A stretch of DNA of 64,000 nt. Source: Rhodocyclaceae bacterium (GTDB lineage Bacteria; Pseudomonadota; Gammaproteobacteria; Burkholderiales; Rhodocyclaceae). A program made the position numbers and the translations under genes. Under the pieces are notes generated by a model that ran no database searches, was not told the origin of the DNA, and saw nothing but the letters and a program-made list of their open reading frames with translations. This document shows positions 23,583 through 33,265 of the stretch, piece by piece. The DNA lies in the NCBI GenBank assembly GCA_018883265.1, contig VEQK01000005.1:6190-70189 (forward strand). The letters are read 5' to 3'. Every line of letters starts with the position of its first letter. Position 1 is the stretch's first letter.

Positions 23583-24050
23583 ATGTTTGATATCGGTTTT
23601 TCCGAGATTCTGCTGGTTGCGGTAGTTGCCCTGGTCGTTATCGGCCCTGAGCGACTGCCCGGTGTTGCACGTAATATCGGCCAGTTTGTTGGGCGGCTCC
23701 AGCGCTACGTCAACGACGTCAAGCGTGATTTCAACCGCGAGGTCGAGTTGGAAGAGATTCGACGGTTGCAGCAGGAAATGGAAACGACGGTTCAGTCCAT
23801 GCAGGAATCCATGCGCGTCGTTGAATCCACGCTGAAGGATGAAGTCGAGCGGCATCAAACGTTGGCATCTGATATCGTCTCAGAGACCAGTGCGTTGCCG
23901 GTTGAAGAAATACCGGCGCTGACCAAGCCGCGTATCCGCAAGAAACGTGAGCCAAAGCCCGAAACGTCCGCAGCAGTCATGGGGCCTGTCGCAGCTGTGG
24001 CGCAAGCGCCGGCAACGACCGCCGATGATGACCAGTATCGTCTGTTCTGA
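23583..24050 (+). CDS. tatB: Twin-arginine translocase subunit TatB
   Basis: MFDIGFSEILLVAVVALVVIGPERLP. Confidence 0.96.
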   Translation: MFDIGFSEILLVAVVALVVIGPERLPGVARNIGQFVGRLQRYVNDVKRDFNREVELEEIRRLQQEMETTVQSMQESMRVVESTLKDEVERHQTLASDIVSETSALPVEEIPALTKPRIRKKREPKPETSAAVMGPVAAVAQAPATTADDDQYRLF

Positions 24051-24052
24051 TC

Positions 24053-24871
24053 ATGATGCGCCTGCTCAAACTATTACAACGTAAACCGGCCGAAGCCGAA
24101 GCGCCCCAGATTGAAGGCCCGGTCGAGAGCGATGGCTTGCATGGCACCTTGATCGAACATCTGGTCGAACTGCGGTCACGCCTGATCCGTGCTGCGCTGG
24201 CAGTATTGATCGTCTTTATCGTGCTCTTTCCCTGGGCGCGAGAGTGGTATGCCTTGCTGGCCGAGCCGATGATCGCCTCACTGCCGCAAGGTGGTCAGAT
24301 GATTGCCACCGATGTGGTCGGTGTCTTCTTGGTGCCCGTCAAAGTCACGCTGATGCTGGCGTTTCTGATCGCCCTGCCCGTAGTGCTCTGGCAGGTTTGG
24401 GCCTTTATCGCACCCGGCCTGTATCAGCACGAAAAGTCGCTGATTGTGCCGCTGATGGCGGCTTCCTTGGGACTATTTGCCGCCGGCATGGCCTTTGCCT
24501 ATTTTGTCGTATTTCCCTCGGTCTTTGGTTTTATGGTGGCGATTGCGCCGGATGGCGTGGCCTGGATGACCGATATCGACAAGTATCTGTCATTCGTGCT
24601 GACCACCTTTTTAGCCTTCGGACTGACTTTCGAAGTGCCGGTCGTAGTGATCGTACTGGTTTATATGGGGGTCGTAACGCTAGAAAAACTGCGCGCCTGG
24701 CGACCTTACGTGATTGTGGGTGCCTTTGTCGTGGGCGCCATCTTCACGCCGCCGGATGTGATGTCCCAGGTACTGCTGGCAGTGCCGCTCTGGTTGTTAT
24801 ACGAGCTCGGGATTTTGGTAGCACAGTTCATAAAACCGCGCGCCACCCCCCAAGTCGATCAAACGGCTTGA
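24053..24871 (+). CDS. tatC: Twin-arginine translocase subunit TatC
   Basis: HLVELRSRL, FIAPGLY, FTPPD. Confidence 0.97.
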   Translation: MMRLLKLLQRKPAEAEAPQIEGPVESDGLHGTLIEHLVELRSRLIRAALAVLIVFIVLFPWAREWYALLAEPMIASLPQGGQMIATDVVGVFLVPVKVTLMLAFLIALPVVLWQVWAFIAPGLYQHEKSLIVPLMAASLGLFAAGMAFAYFVVFPSVFGFMVAIAPDGVAWMTDIDKYLSFVLTTFLAFGLTFEVPVVVIVLVYMGVVTLEKLRAWRPYVIVGAFVVGAIFTPPDVMSQVLLAVPLWLLYELGILVAQFIKPRATPQVDQTA

Positions 24872-25659
24872 TCCGCGTGGCGGATCTCGACCGGTTCGCC
24901 TTGTCGGAATAGCAGGAGCATCCCCGGTTCGATGCGCTGCCAAGGCTCATTGTCGGTCAGCGGCGTGGTCGCGATCACTGTCACGCAATCCGTATCCGTG
25001 GTCACTTCGCTGAAATCGATCGACACATCCTCATCCTTGAGATGCGCCTGATTAAACGGTGCACGGCGGACGATGTAATGCAGATCAGTCGAGCAGTGGG
25101 CGATCAGCCAACGGCCGTTCGATAATAAAAAATTTGCGGGGCCATGAGCGCGGAGGATTGCGGCCACTTCGGCCATGGTGTCGAGCAGATATTCATAGCT
25201 GGGCGCCGTCGGACCAAAGCGCTGCGCCAGCGTATCCAGCAAAAAACAGAAGGCGCGCTCGCTGTCGGTGGTGCCTACGGGCAGGTAACGGCCGGAGAGC
25301 TCCGGATTGAAATCGAGCAGATTGCCGTTGTGGGCGAAGACCCAGTAGCGGCCCCAGAGTTCGCGCTGGAAGGGGTGGGTGTTCTGCAGACAGATATCGC
25401 CCTGCGTGGCCTTGCGGATATGCGCCACCACATTCATGGATTGAATCGGGTAGTCCTTCACCAATCCGGCCAGCGGTGATTCGATCGAGGGCGACGGGTC
25501 GAGAAAGAGTCGGCAACCTCGACCATCGTCGCCTTCGAAGAAGCCGATACCCCAGCCATCTTTATGCACGTCCGTGCCGCCGCCACGTCTGGCAAACCCG
25601 CTAAACGAAAAGCAGATGTCGGTTGGTACGTTACAACTCATGCCGAGCAGCTGGCACAT
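24859..25659 (-). CDS. Class II glutamine amidotransferase-like Ntn hydrolase (YafJ-like)
   Basis: MCQLLGMSC N-terminal nucleophile Cys, DGWG, HPF, FAHNG, GTTDSE. Confidence 0.9.
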   Translation of the reverse strand: MCQLLGMSCNVPTDICFSFSGFARRGGGTDVHKDGWGIGFFEGDDGRGCRLFLDPSPSIESPLAGLVKDYPIQSMNVVAHIRKATQGDICLQNTHPFQRELWGRYWVFAHNGNLLDFNPELSGRYLPVGTTDSERAFCFLLDTLAQRFGPTAPSYEYLLDTMAEVAAILRAHGPANFLLSNGRWLIAHCSTDLHYIVRRAPFNQAHLKDEDVSIDFSEVTTDTDCVTVIATTPLTDNEPWQRIEPGMLLLFRQGEPVEIRHADQAV

Positions 25660-25698
25660 GCATTACACTCCACGTAAAACACATTCAGGGAACCACTT

Positions 25699-26457
25699 AT
25701 GGCTTCTGTTGCTCGCGACACGCTGACGCGTTATCTGGACGAACTCCTCAAGCCGGAGGGCTTCAAGGATTATTGCCCAAACGGTTTGCAAGTGGAAGGT
25801 CGCAGCGAGATTACGCGTGTTGTGTGCGGGGTGACCGCCAACCAGGCCTTGCTCGACCTGGCCGTTACAGAACGCGCTGATGCAATTCTGGTTCATCACG
25901 GCTGGTTCTGGCGGGGGGAGGGCGGCGCGGTCACCGGCATTAAGCGCAACCGCCTGAAGACCTTGCTCGTCAGCGACATCAATCTCTATGCCTACCACCT
26001 GCCGCTCGACGCCCATCCGGCGCTTGGCAATAACGCCGGCCTAGCCAAAGCCGCTGGTTGGGGGCAGACCGGCGTGTTTGGTGAACAGAGCCTAGGTTGT
26101 CTCGGCGAGCCGGGGGCCGGCGCTACCGTGGCCTCTATCGCAGCCGACCTGGCCCGGGCAGTCGGGCGCGAACCTTTTGTTTTGGCCGAAACAGGCGATC
26201 AACCAATCCGGCGCATCGCCTGGTGTACCGGGGGCGCGCAGAGTTACTTCGAGGCTGCGATCAACGCCGGTGCCGATGCCTTTGTGACCGGCGAAGTGTC
26301 TGAGCCCATGGTGCATCTGTCTCGAGAGACGGGTGTGGCGTATTTTGCTGCAGGGCACCATGCCACAGAACGTTTCGGGGTACAGGCACTGGGCGCCGAT
26401 ATTGCCAGCCGCTTTGGGGTTGCGGTGACGTTTCTGGAAGTCGATAGCCCGGTCTGA
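25699..26457 (+). CDS. Nif3-like dinuclear metal-centre protein (YbgI family)
   Basis: DYCPNGLQVEG, HHG, YHLPLDAH, GHHATE. Confidence 0.93.
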   Translation: MASVARDTLTRYLDELLKPEGFKDYCPNGLQVEGRSEITRVVCGVTANQALLDLAVTERADAILVHHGWFWRGEGGAVTGIKRNRLKTLLVSDINLYAYHLPLDAHPALGNNAGLAKAAGWGQTGVFGEQSLGCLGEPGAGATVASIAADLARAVGREPFVLAETGDQPIRRIAWCTGGAQSYFEAAINAGADAFVTGEVSEPMVHLSRETGVAYFAAGHHATERFGVQALGADIASRFGVAVTFLEVDSPV

Positions 26458-26550
26458 CTGCCTAAATTTTAAGCAAACTGGGTTGCCGCCGAGCGATCGT
26501 TCCCAACCCCCATAATTATGAATTTTAGGGCGCGCGCTTGGGCGCCTGCG

Positions 26551-26559
26551 TGCTAGAAT
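26551..26559 (+). promoter_or_regulatory. Extended -10 promoter candidate for sucCD
   Basis: TG-C-TAGAAT about 150 nt upstream of the sucC ATG. Confidence 0.45.
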
Positions 26560-26709
26560 CCTTTCATCCGATCGAGGCATAACACTGGGCTCAAAACGGG
26601 CAGAAAGCGTGTGTCATTGTTCGGCAACACAGGTTTTATACGTTCTTAATCGGGCGGGTGGGGGAGTTATCCGTCTGATCTTCGTAACCATAATAGGCAA
26701 GGAAAACGC

Positions 26710-27870
<1,161 letters not shown>

Positions 27871-27880
27871 GGAGCATTGA

Positions 27881-28774
27881 ATGTCTATCCTGATTAACAA
27901 AGACACCAAAGTCATCACCCAGGGCATCACCGGTAAAACCGGTCAGTTCCACACCGAAAAGTGTATCGAGTACGCAAACGGCAAGAACTGCTTTGTTGCT
28001 GGCGTTAACCCGAAGAAAGCCGGCGAGAAGATTCTCGACGTGCCCATCTACGGTACCGTTAAAGAAGCTGCTGCCGATACCGGCGCTACTGTGTCGGTCA
28101 TCTACGTGCCGCCCCCGGGAGCCGCTGCTGCCATCTGGGAAGCCGTTGAAGCCGATCTGGATCTGGCCATCTGTATCACGGAAGGTATTCCCGTCCGCGA
28201 CATGCTGATGCTGCGCAACAAGATGCAAGAAAAAGAAGCCAAGGGCGGCAAGAAGACGCTGCTGCTCGGCCCGAACTGCCCGGGTCTGATTACCCCGGAC
28301 GAAATCAAGATCGGCATCATGCCGGGCCACATCCACAAAAAAGGCCGTATCGGCGTCGTGTCTCGTTCGGGCACGCTGACGTACGAAGCCGTCGGTCAGC
28401 TGACCGAACTGGGTCTGGGTCAGTCGACCGCTGTCGGTATTGGTGGTGACCCCATCAATGGTCTGAAGCACATCGACATCATGAAGATGTTCAACGACGA
28501 TCCAGATACCGACGCCGTCATCATGATTGGTGAAATCGGTGGTCCGGATGAAGCCGAAGCTGCTCGCTGGTGTAAGGCCAACATGAAGAAGCCGATCGTT
28601 GGCTTCATCGCGGGTGTTACCGCCCCTCCGGGCAAGCGCATGGGTCACGCCGGCGCCCTGATTTCGGGTGGCGCAGATACCGCCGATGCCAAGCTCGCCG
28701 TTATGGAAGAGTGTGGCTTCACGGTGACGCGTAACCCGTCTGAAATGGCCAAGCTGCTCAAAGGTCTGCTGTAA
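27881..28774 (+). CDS. sucD: Succinyl-CoA ligase alpha subunit
   Basis: QGITGKTG, GPNCPG, RMGHAGA phospho-His motif. Confidence 0.99.
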   Translation: MSILINKDTKVITQGITGKTGQFHTEKCIEYANGKNCFVAGVNPKKAGEKILDVPIYGTVKEAAADTGATVSVIYVPPPGAAAAIWEAVEADLDLAICITEGIPVRDMLMLRNKMQEKEAKGGKKTLLLGPNCPGLITPDEIKIGIMPGHIHKKGRIGVVSRSGTLTYEAVGQLTELGLGQSTAVGIGGDPINGLKHIDIMKMFNDDPDTDAVIMIGEIGGPDEAEAARWCKANMKKPIVGFIAGVTAPPGKRMGHAGALISGGADTADAKLAVMEECGFTVTRNPSEMAKLLKGLL

Positions 28775-28796
28775 TCGTTCGCTGATTCAGCACTCA

Positions 28797-28830
28797 GAAG
28801 GAACCCGGCTTCGGCCGGGTTTCTTTTTTT
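28797..28830 (+). terminator. Intrinsic terminator of sucCD
   Basis: GAAGGAACCCGGC-TTCG-GCCGGGTTTC followed by T7. Confidence 0.9.
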
Positions 28831-28848
28831 GTGGGATAGTCTTTGCTC

Positions 28849-31266
28849 ATGAAAGAGAAAACGCACGTCGTCGGATTAACTTCGCAAGAGGCTGCACGCC
28901 GTTTGGCGCAAGACGGCCCGAACGAGCTGTCGCTGGAAAAAACGCGTGGCTTGTTCAAGATCTGTGCCGAAGTAGTCGCTGAGCCCATGTTTCTGCTACT
29001 CCTGGCGGCAGGTGGGTTGTATCTGCTCATGGGGGACGTGCACGATGCGCTGGTGCTGCTGGCTTTTGTAGCGATCATCATTGCCGTGACGATTGCGCAG
29101 GAACAGCGAACAGAGCGCGCGCTGGAGGCGCTACGCGATCTCTCTAGCCCGCGTGCGTTAGTGATTCGTGATGGTGTCGAAACGCGTATTGCTGGCCGCG
29201 ATGTGGTGGAGGGCGATATTCTACTTTTGGCTGAAGGCGACCGCGTTCCCGCCGATGCCCGGGTGCTGGAATTCCATGAGCTATCGGCAGATGAGTCCAT
29301 GCTTACCGGTGAATCAGTCAGCGTAGCAAAACTGTCCCTGGATGAAATGGTCTATGCCGGCACGATGATCGTGCGCGGGCAGGGCGTGGCCGTTGCGGTG
29401 GCCACGGGTAAGGCCACGCGCCTGGGCAGTATTGGCAAAGCGCTTGAAGAAATCGACCCTGAAGCCTCGCCGTTGCACCAGCAAGTTAAACGGCTCACGG
29501 TGCGAATTGCTGTGATTGCTTTAGCACTGTCGGTCGGTCTGGTGCTGCTCTATGGCTTTAAGACAGGCAATTGGTTTGAAAGCACCCTATCCGGAATTAC
29601 GCTCGCTATGGCCGCCTTGCCACAGGAGTTCCCGGTCATCATGATTGTCTTTTTTGCCCTCGGTGCACGACGCATCGCCCAGCACAAGGTGCTGACCCGC
29701 AATCTCAATGCGATTGAAACGCTGGGCAAGACAACGGTCCTTTGTACCGACAAAACCGGCACGCTGACCGAGAACCGAATGCGTGTGTCGGCGTTGTCCG
29801 TTGGTGGTCAGATGCTGTCTACCCAGGCTCTGGCCAAGTTGCCGATTGAATTTGCCGAGCTGGTTCGTTACAGCGTGCTAGCCAGCGAGATCGAACCGCA
29901 CGACCCGATGGAGCAGGCATTTCATGATTTCGCCCAACGCCATCTCAATGAAGCGCCGTTGCCGGCTGACGATTGGCAGCTGGTCCGCGAATATGAATTA
30001 AGCCCGTCGCTGATGGCCATGTCGCATCTCTGGCATGGGCCAGGGCTGGCAGAGCATGTGATCGCCGCCAAGGGAGCGCCTGAAGCGATTGGTGAGTTGT
30101 GTCATTTGTCCGAAGCTCAGACGTCAGAAGTAGCAAGTCATGCTCGCCAATTGGCCGAGCAAGGCTTACGCGTTTTGGGTGTGGCACGTGCAACGTATCC
30201 GGTAGGCAATGTTTGGCCCGATATCCAGCACGATTTTGATTACCAATTCATTGGGCTGGTGGGTCTGGCAGACCCCGTTCGACAGGACGTGCCTGCGGCA
30301 GTTGCCGCCTGCCAGCGGGCAGGCATTCGCGTGGTCATGATCACGGGTGACCACCCGACAACGGCCGCCGCCATTGCTCGGCAGGTGGGCATTGCGCCGG
30401 AAGACATCCATGCCCGTATTACCCCTGAGCGTAAGCTGCACATTGTTGAAAACCTCAAACGTGAAGGCGCCATTGTTGCCATGACTGGGGATGGGGTTAA
30501 CGATGCCCCGGCATTAAAAGCAGCCCATATCGGGATCGCCATGGGTAAGCGGGGGACGGATGTAGCGCGCGAAGCCGCCTCTTTGGTGTTGATGGAAGAC
30601 GACTTTGCCTCAATCGTCACCGCCATTGCGCTAGGTCGCCGTATCTTCAGTAACTTGCGGCAAGCACTGCTGTATACGCTGACGATTCATATCCCTGTTA
30701 TATGCCTGTCGATCATGCCGGTATTACTGGGTTTACCGCTGCTCTTGCTGCCGATTCACATTGCGTTTCTGGAACTGGTGTTCGACCCCACCTGTTCACT
30801 CGTGTTTGAAGCTGAGCGCGGGCGCGGGGATGAAATGAACACCCCGCCACGCAAAGCAACGGATCCGCTGCTCGGCGTGCCGCAAGTCCTCACGCACACC
30901 ATGCTGGGTCTACTCGTGGGTGGCCTACTGATGCTGCTCTATATGTTCCTGGATCGCGATGGCGTGCCTTTGGCGGAGACCCGCGCCATCCTTTTTACAC
31001 TGATGGTGTCATCCACCATCGGCTTCGTGCTGGCGCTGCGTCAGCCGCACGTCAGTCTGCGCCGGCTATTTGCCGGCTTACCTGGTTTAAGCCTCATCGT
31101 CCTTGGCGTTACCGTGCTTTGCCTATGGCTGATTTCCGCCATACCGATGCTGGCAGGGCTATTTGCCATGCATACCTTGCCGCTGGCAACGGTTGTGCCA
31201 ATGATGTTCGCCATGGTGTTGAGTGTGGTCTTCGTGGCATGGTTAGTGCAACGGCTTAGGTGGTAG
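28849..31266 (+). CDS. Cation-transporting P-type ATPase (P2-like, substrate unknown)
   Basis: TGES, DKTGTLT, KGAPE, MITGDH, MTGDGVNDAP; ~10 TM segments. Confidence 0.93.
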   Translation: MKEKTHVVGLTSQEAARRLAQDGPNELSLEKTRGLFKICAEVVAEPMFLLLLAAGGLYLLMGDVHDALVLLAFVAIIIAVTIAQEQRTERALEALRDLSSPRALVIRDGVETRIAGRDVVEGDILLLAEGDRVPADARVLEFHELSADESMLTGESVSVAKLSLDEMVYAGTMIVRGQGVAVAVATGKATRLGSIGKALEEIDPEASPLHQQVKRLTVRIAVIALALSVGLVLLYGFKTGNWFESTLSGITLAMAALPQEFPVIMIVFFALGARRIAQHKVLTRNLNAIETLGKTTVLCTDKTGTLTENRMRVSALSVGGQMLSTQALAKLPIEFAELVRYSVLASEIEPHDPMEQAFHDFAQRHLNEAPLPADDWQLVREYELSPSLMAMSHLWHGPGLAEHVIAAKGAPEAIGELCHLSEAQTSEVASHARQLAEQGLRVLGVARATYPVGNVWPDIQHDFDYQFIGLVGLADPVRQDVPAAVAACQRAGIRVVMITGDHPTTAAAIARQVGIAPEDIHARITPERKLHIVENLKREGAIVAMTGDGVNDAPALKAAHIGIAMGKRGTDVAREAASLVLMEDDFASIVTAIALGRRIFSNLRQALLYTLTIHIPVICLSIMPVLLGLPLLLLPIHIAFLELVFDPTCSLVFEAERGRGDEMNTPPRKATDPLLGVPQVLTHTMLGLLVGGLLMLLYMFLDRDGVPLAETRAILFTLMVSSTIGFVLALRQPHVSLRRLFAGLPGLSLIVLGVTVLCLWLISAIPMLAGLFAMHTLPLATVVPMMFAMVLSVVFVAWLVQRLRW

Positions 31267-31298
31267 ATTCAGGCTTCAATCATTTCTCAGATTTTGTG

Positions 31299-31349
31299 TT
31301 GACATCAGCTATACGTGCGCCTATGATACGTGTATCTGTTGCATATACA
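31299..31349 (+). promoter_or_regulatory. sigma70 promoter and operator of the TA operon
   Basis: TTGACA (31299-31304)-17 bp-TATGAT (31322-31327); inverted repeat TGTAT-N9-ATACA (31331-31349); SD AAGGAGG follows. Confidence 0.8.
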
Positions 31350-31362
31350 AAAGGAGGGTGCT

Positions 31363-31635
31363 ATGCGTGCCGCCGCCATTAATCTACGAGCCTTGCCAGA
31401 ACAGCGTGATCTCATTGATCAGGCTGCAAATGTGCTGGGCAAAAATCGCTCGGACTTTATGCTGGAGGCTGCGTGCGAACGTGCGCAGTCCGTTTTGCTG
31501 GATCAGGTGTTTTTTGGGCTAGATGCAGAAAAATTCCAGCAATTCATGGCCATGCTGGATTCGCCAGCGACTGCCAATGAGGGTCTTGATCGTCTCATGA
31601 ACCTTAAAGCACCTTGGAGCAGCAATCTCGCATGA
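31363..31635 (+). CDS. DUF1778-family RHH antitoxin (TacA/AtaR-like)
   Basis: INLR...RDLIDQAA...NRSDFMLEAACERAQ...F...LD.P...L..L...KAPW pattern; ATGA overlap with a GNAT gene. Confidence 0.9.
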   Translation: MRAAAINLRALPEQRDLIDQAANVLGKNRSDFMLEAACERAQSVLLDQVFFGLDAEKFQQFMAMLDSPATANEGLDRLMNLKAPWSSNLA

Positions 31636-32126
31636 GTTTGAAACTCACGGCGCCACAGACGCTTGCGGCAAACCACCTGGTCGAAAACTTTCATTGTGGT
31701 GAACAGGCCTTGGACGATTGGCTCAAACGCCGGGCGATGATCAATCAGATCACCGGTGCCAGCAGAACCTTTGTTGTTGCTGACGAAGATCTCGACGTGT
31801 ATGGTTTTTACGCCATGGCTGCTGGCGCCGTCTCACATCAACTCGCCACCGGTTCGGTACGCCGCAACATGCCAGACCCCGTGCCGGTTATAGTCCTCGG
31901 TCGATTGGCGGTTGATCAACGCGCACAGGGTATCAAGCTCGGCGCGGCCATGCTGCAAGACGCCGTTCATCGTGCCATCGTTGTATCGCAGAATACGGGT
32001 GTTCATGCCTTACTGGTGCATGCGCTCCATGAACAGGCCAAACAGTTCTACGTGCACTATGGATTTCAAGCATCGCCGCTGAACCCGATGACACTGATGT
32101 TGCGCCTTGATTCCACAGCAGTGTAA
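31632..32126 (+). CDS. GNAT acetyltransferase toxin (TacT/AtaT-like, aminoacyl-tRNA acetylating family)
   Basis: FHCGEQALDDWL, RRNMPDPVPVIVLGRLAVD, AQGIKLG acetyl-CoA loop, FYVHYGF. Confidence 0.9.
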   Translation: MSLKLTAPQTLAANHLVENFHCGEQALDDWLKRRAMINQITGASRTFVVADEDLDVYGFYAMAAGAVSHQLATGSVRRNMPDPVPVIVLGRLAVDQRAQGIKLGAAMLQDAVHRAIVVSQNTGVHALLVHALHEQAKQFYVHYGFQASPLNPMTLMLRLDSTAV

Positions 32127-32135
32127 TGAACCACC

Positions 32136-33113
32136 ATGCTCGACGACGTCAGACTCATTTATTCTCCGCTGCAACAGCGTTACACCTCACAGGGTCGCTG
32201 TGTGGACATCCAGATTTATCGCCTAGAAGACACCGGCTGGACGCTGGAAGTGGTCGATGATCTTGGCAACTCCACCGTCTGGGATGGCGAGTTCGCTACA
32301 GACCAGGAAGCACTGGATTGCGCCCTGGCAGATATCAATGCCGAGGGCAACGAGGCGTTCATCGATCACCCAGTAGAGGAACCTGCAAAAGCGGTCCCTC
32401 CCGACTTGCATACTTTTTTCCAACCTTTGTCTGATGAAGAACTGGACGTACTGAATAGCTTCTTTATCCATGGAGCACCTGAAGAAGCCATGACCTTCGA
32501 CATGGTCGATGGCTTTCTGCATGCCTTGGTGATTGGGCCGGTGACCTTAATGCCTAGCCAGTGGCTCCCAAAAGTCTGGGGTTCGAAGGACGGTAAGGGT
32601 CCAGACTTCGAAGACCTTGATCACGCCAACGAAATTCTCAGTCTGTTGATGCACCATTACAACGCCATCATCGGTGGCTTTCAGGCCAGCCCGGCACAAA
32701 TCCAACCCTTCTGGTTTATTAGGGAGTACAAGGGGCAGGAGGTGGAAGATGCCGAAGGTTGGGCGAATGGCTTCGTCGAAGGTGTTGCCCTAAGCGCTGA
32801 AGCCTGGAAGCCGTTGCTCGAGAGCGAGGAAGGTCAGGCCTGGTATCGCCCCATCCGCTTGCTGGGTGAAATGGAGCTAGATCCTGAGGATTTTGCGTTT
32901 TCCAGCACACCGCAACAGCGCCATGAACTTGCGGTGCAGATCCCGCAAGCGGTATTAGCCATGCATGCCTACTGGCTGCCGATTCGTCATGCAGTCTATG
33001 GGCGTGAAGTTGCCAAACGACTTGGTCCAAAGATTGGCCGTAATGACGCTTGCCCCTGCGGTAGCGGTAAGAAATTTAAAAAGTGTTGTGGCGGTGCTGC
33101 AGTATTGCACTAA
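32136..33113 (+). CDS. UPF0149/YecA-family protein with C-terminal SEC-C motif and an extra N-terminal domain
   Basis: PLSDEELD...[14 protein letters not shown]...[16 protein letters not shown], and [21 protein letters not shown]. Confidence 0.85.
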   Translation: MLDDVRLIYSPLQQRYTSQGRCVDIQIYRLEDTGWTLEVVDDLGNSTVWDGEFATDQEALDCALADINAEGNEAFIDHPVEEPAKAVPPDLHTFFQPLSDEELDVLNSFFIHGAPEEAMTFDMVDGFLHALVIGPVTLMPSQWLPKVWGSKDGKGPDFEDLDHANEILSLLMHHYNAIIGGFQASPAQIQPFWFIREYKGQEVEDAEGWANGFVEGVALSAEAWKPLLESEEGQAWYRPIRLLGEMELDPEDFAFSSTPQQRHELAVQIPQAVLAMHAYWLPIRHAVYGREVAKRLGPKIGRNDACPCGSGKKFKKCCGGAAVLH

Positions 33114-33265
33114 AAGTTATCTATGCTCAACTTATGAGGTATTGGCTGAAAAGCGGACATTCTGTACGGTGGGTTACATAGTTACGATGACATTATTTTC
33201 CTGACATCAGGCCAGGAATCCCTAGCCAGTGCAGCCAAGTTTGGGCAAGGCATTGGGCTGATACC

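Noticed and set aside
31363-31635. Classical TAC system with a chaperone-addicted antitoxin
   Set aside because: The antitoxin is normal length with no ChAD tail and the third gene is not SecB-like; kept only as an analogy.
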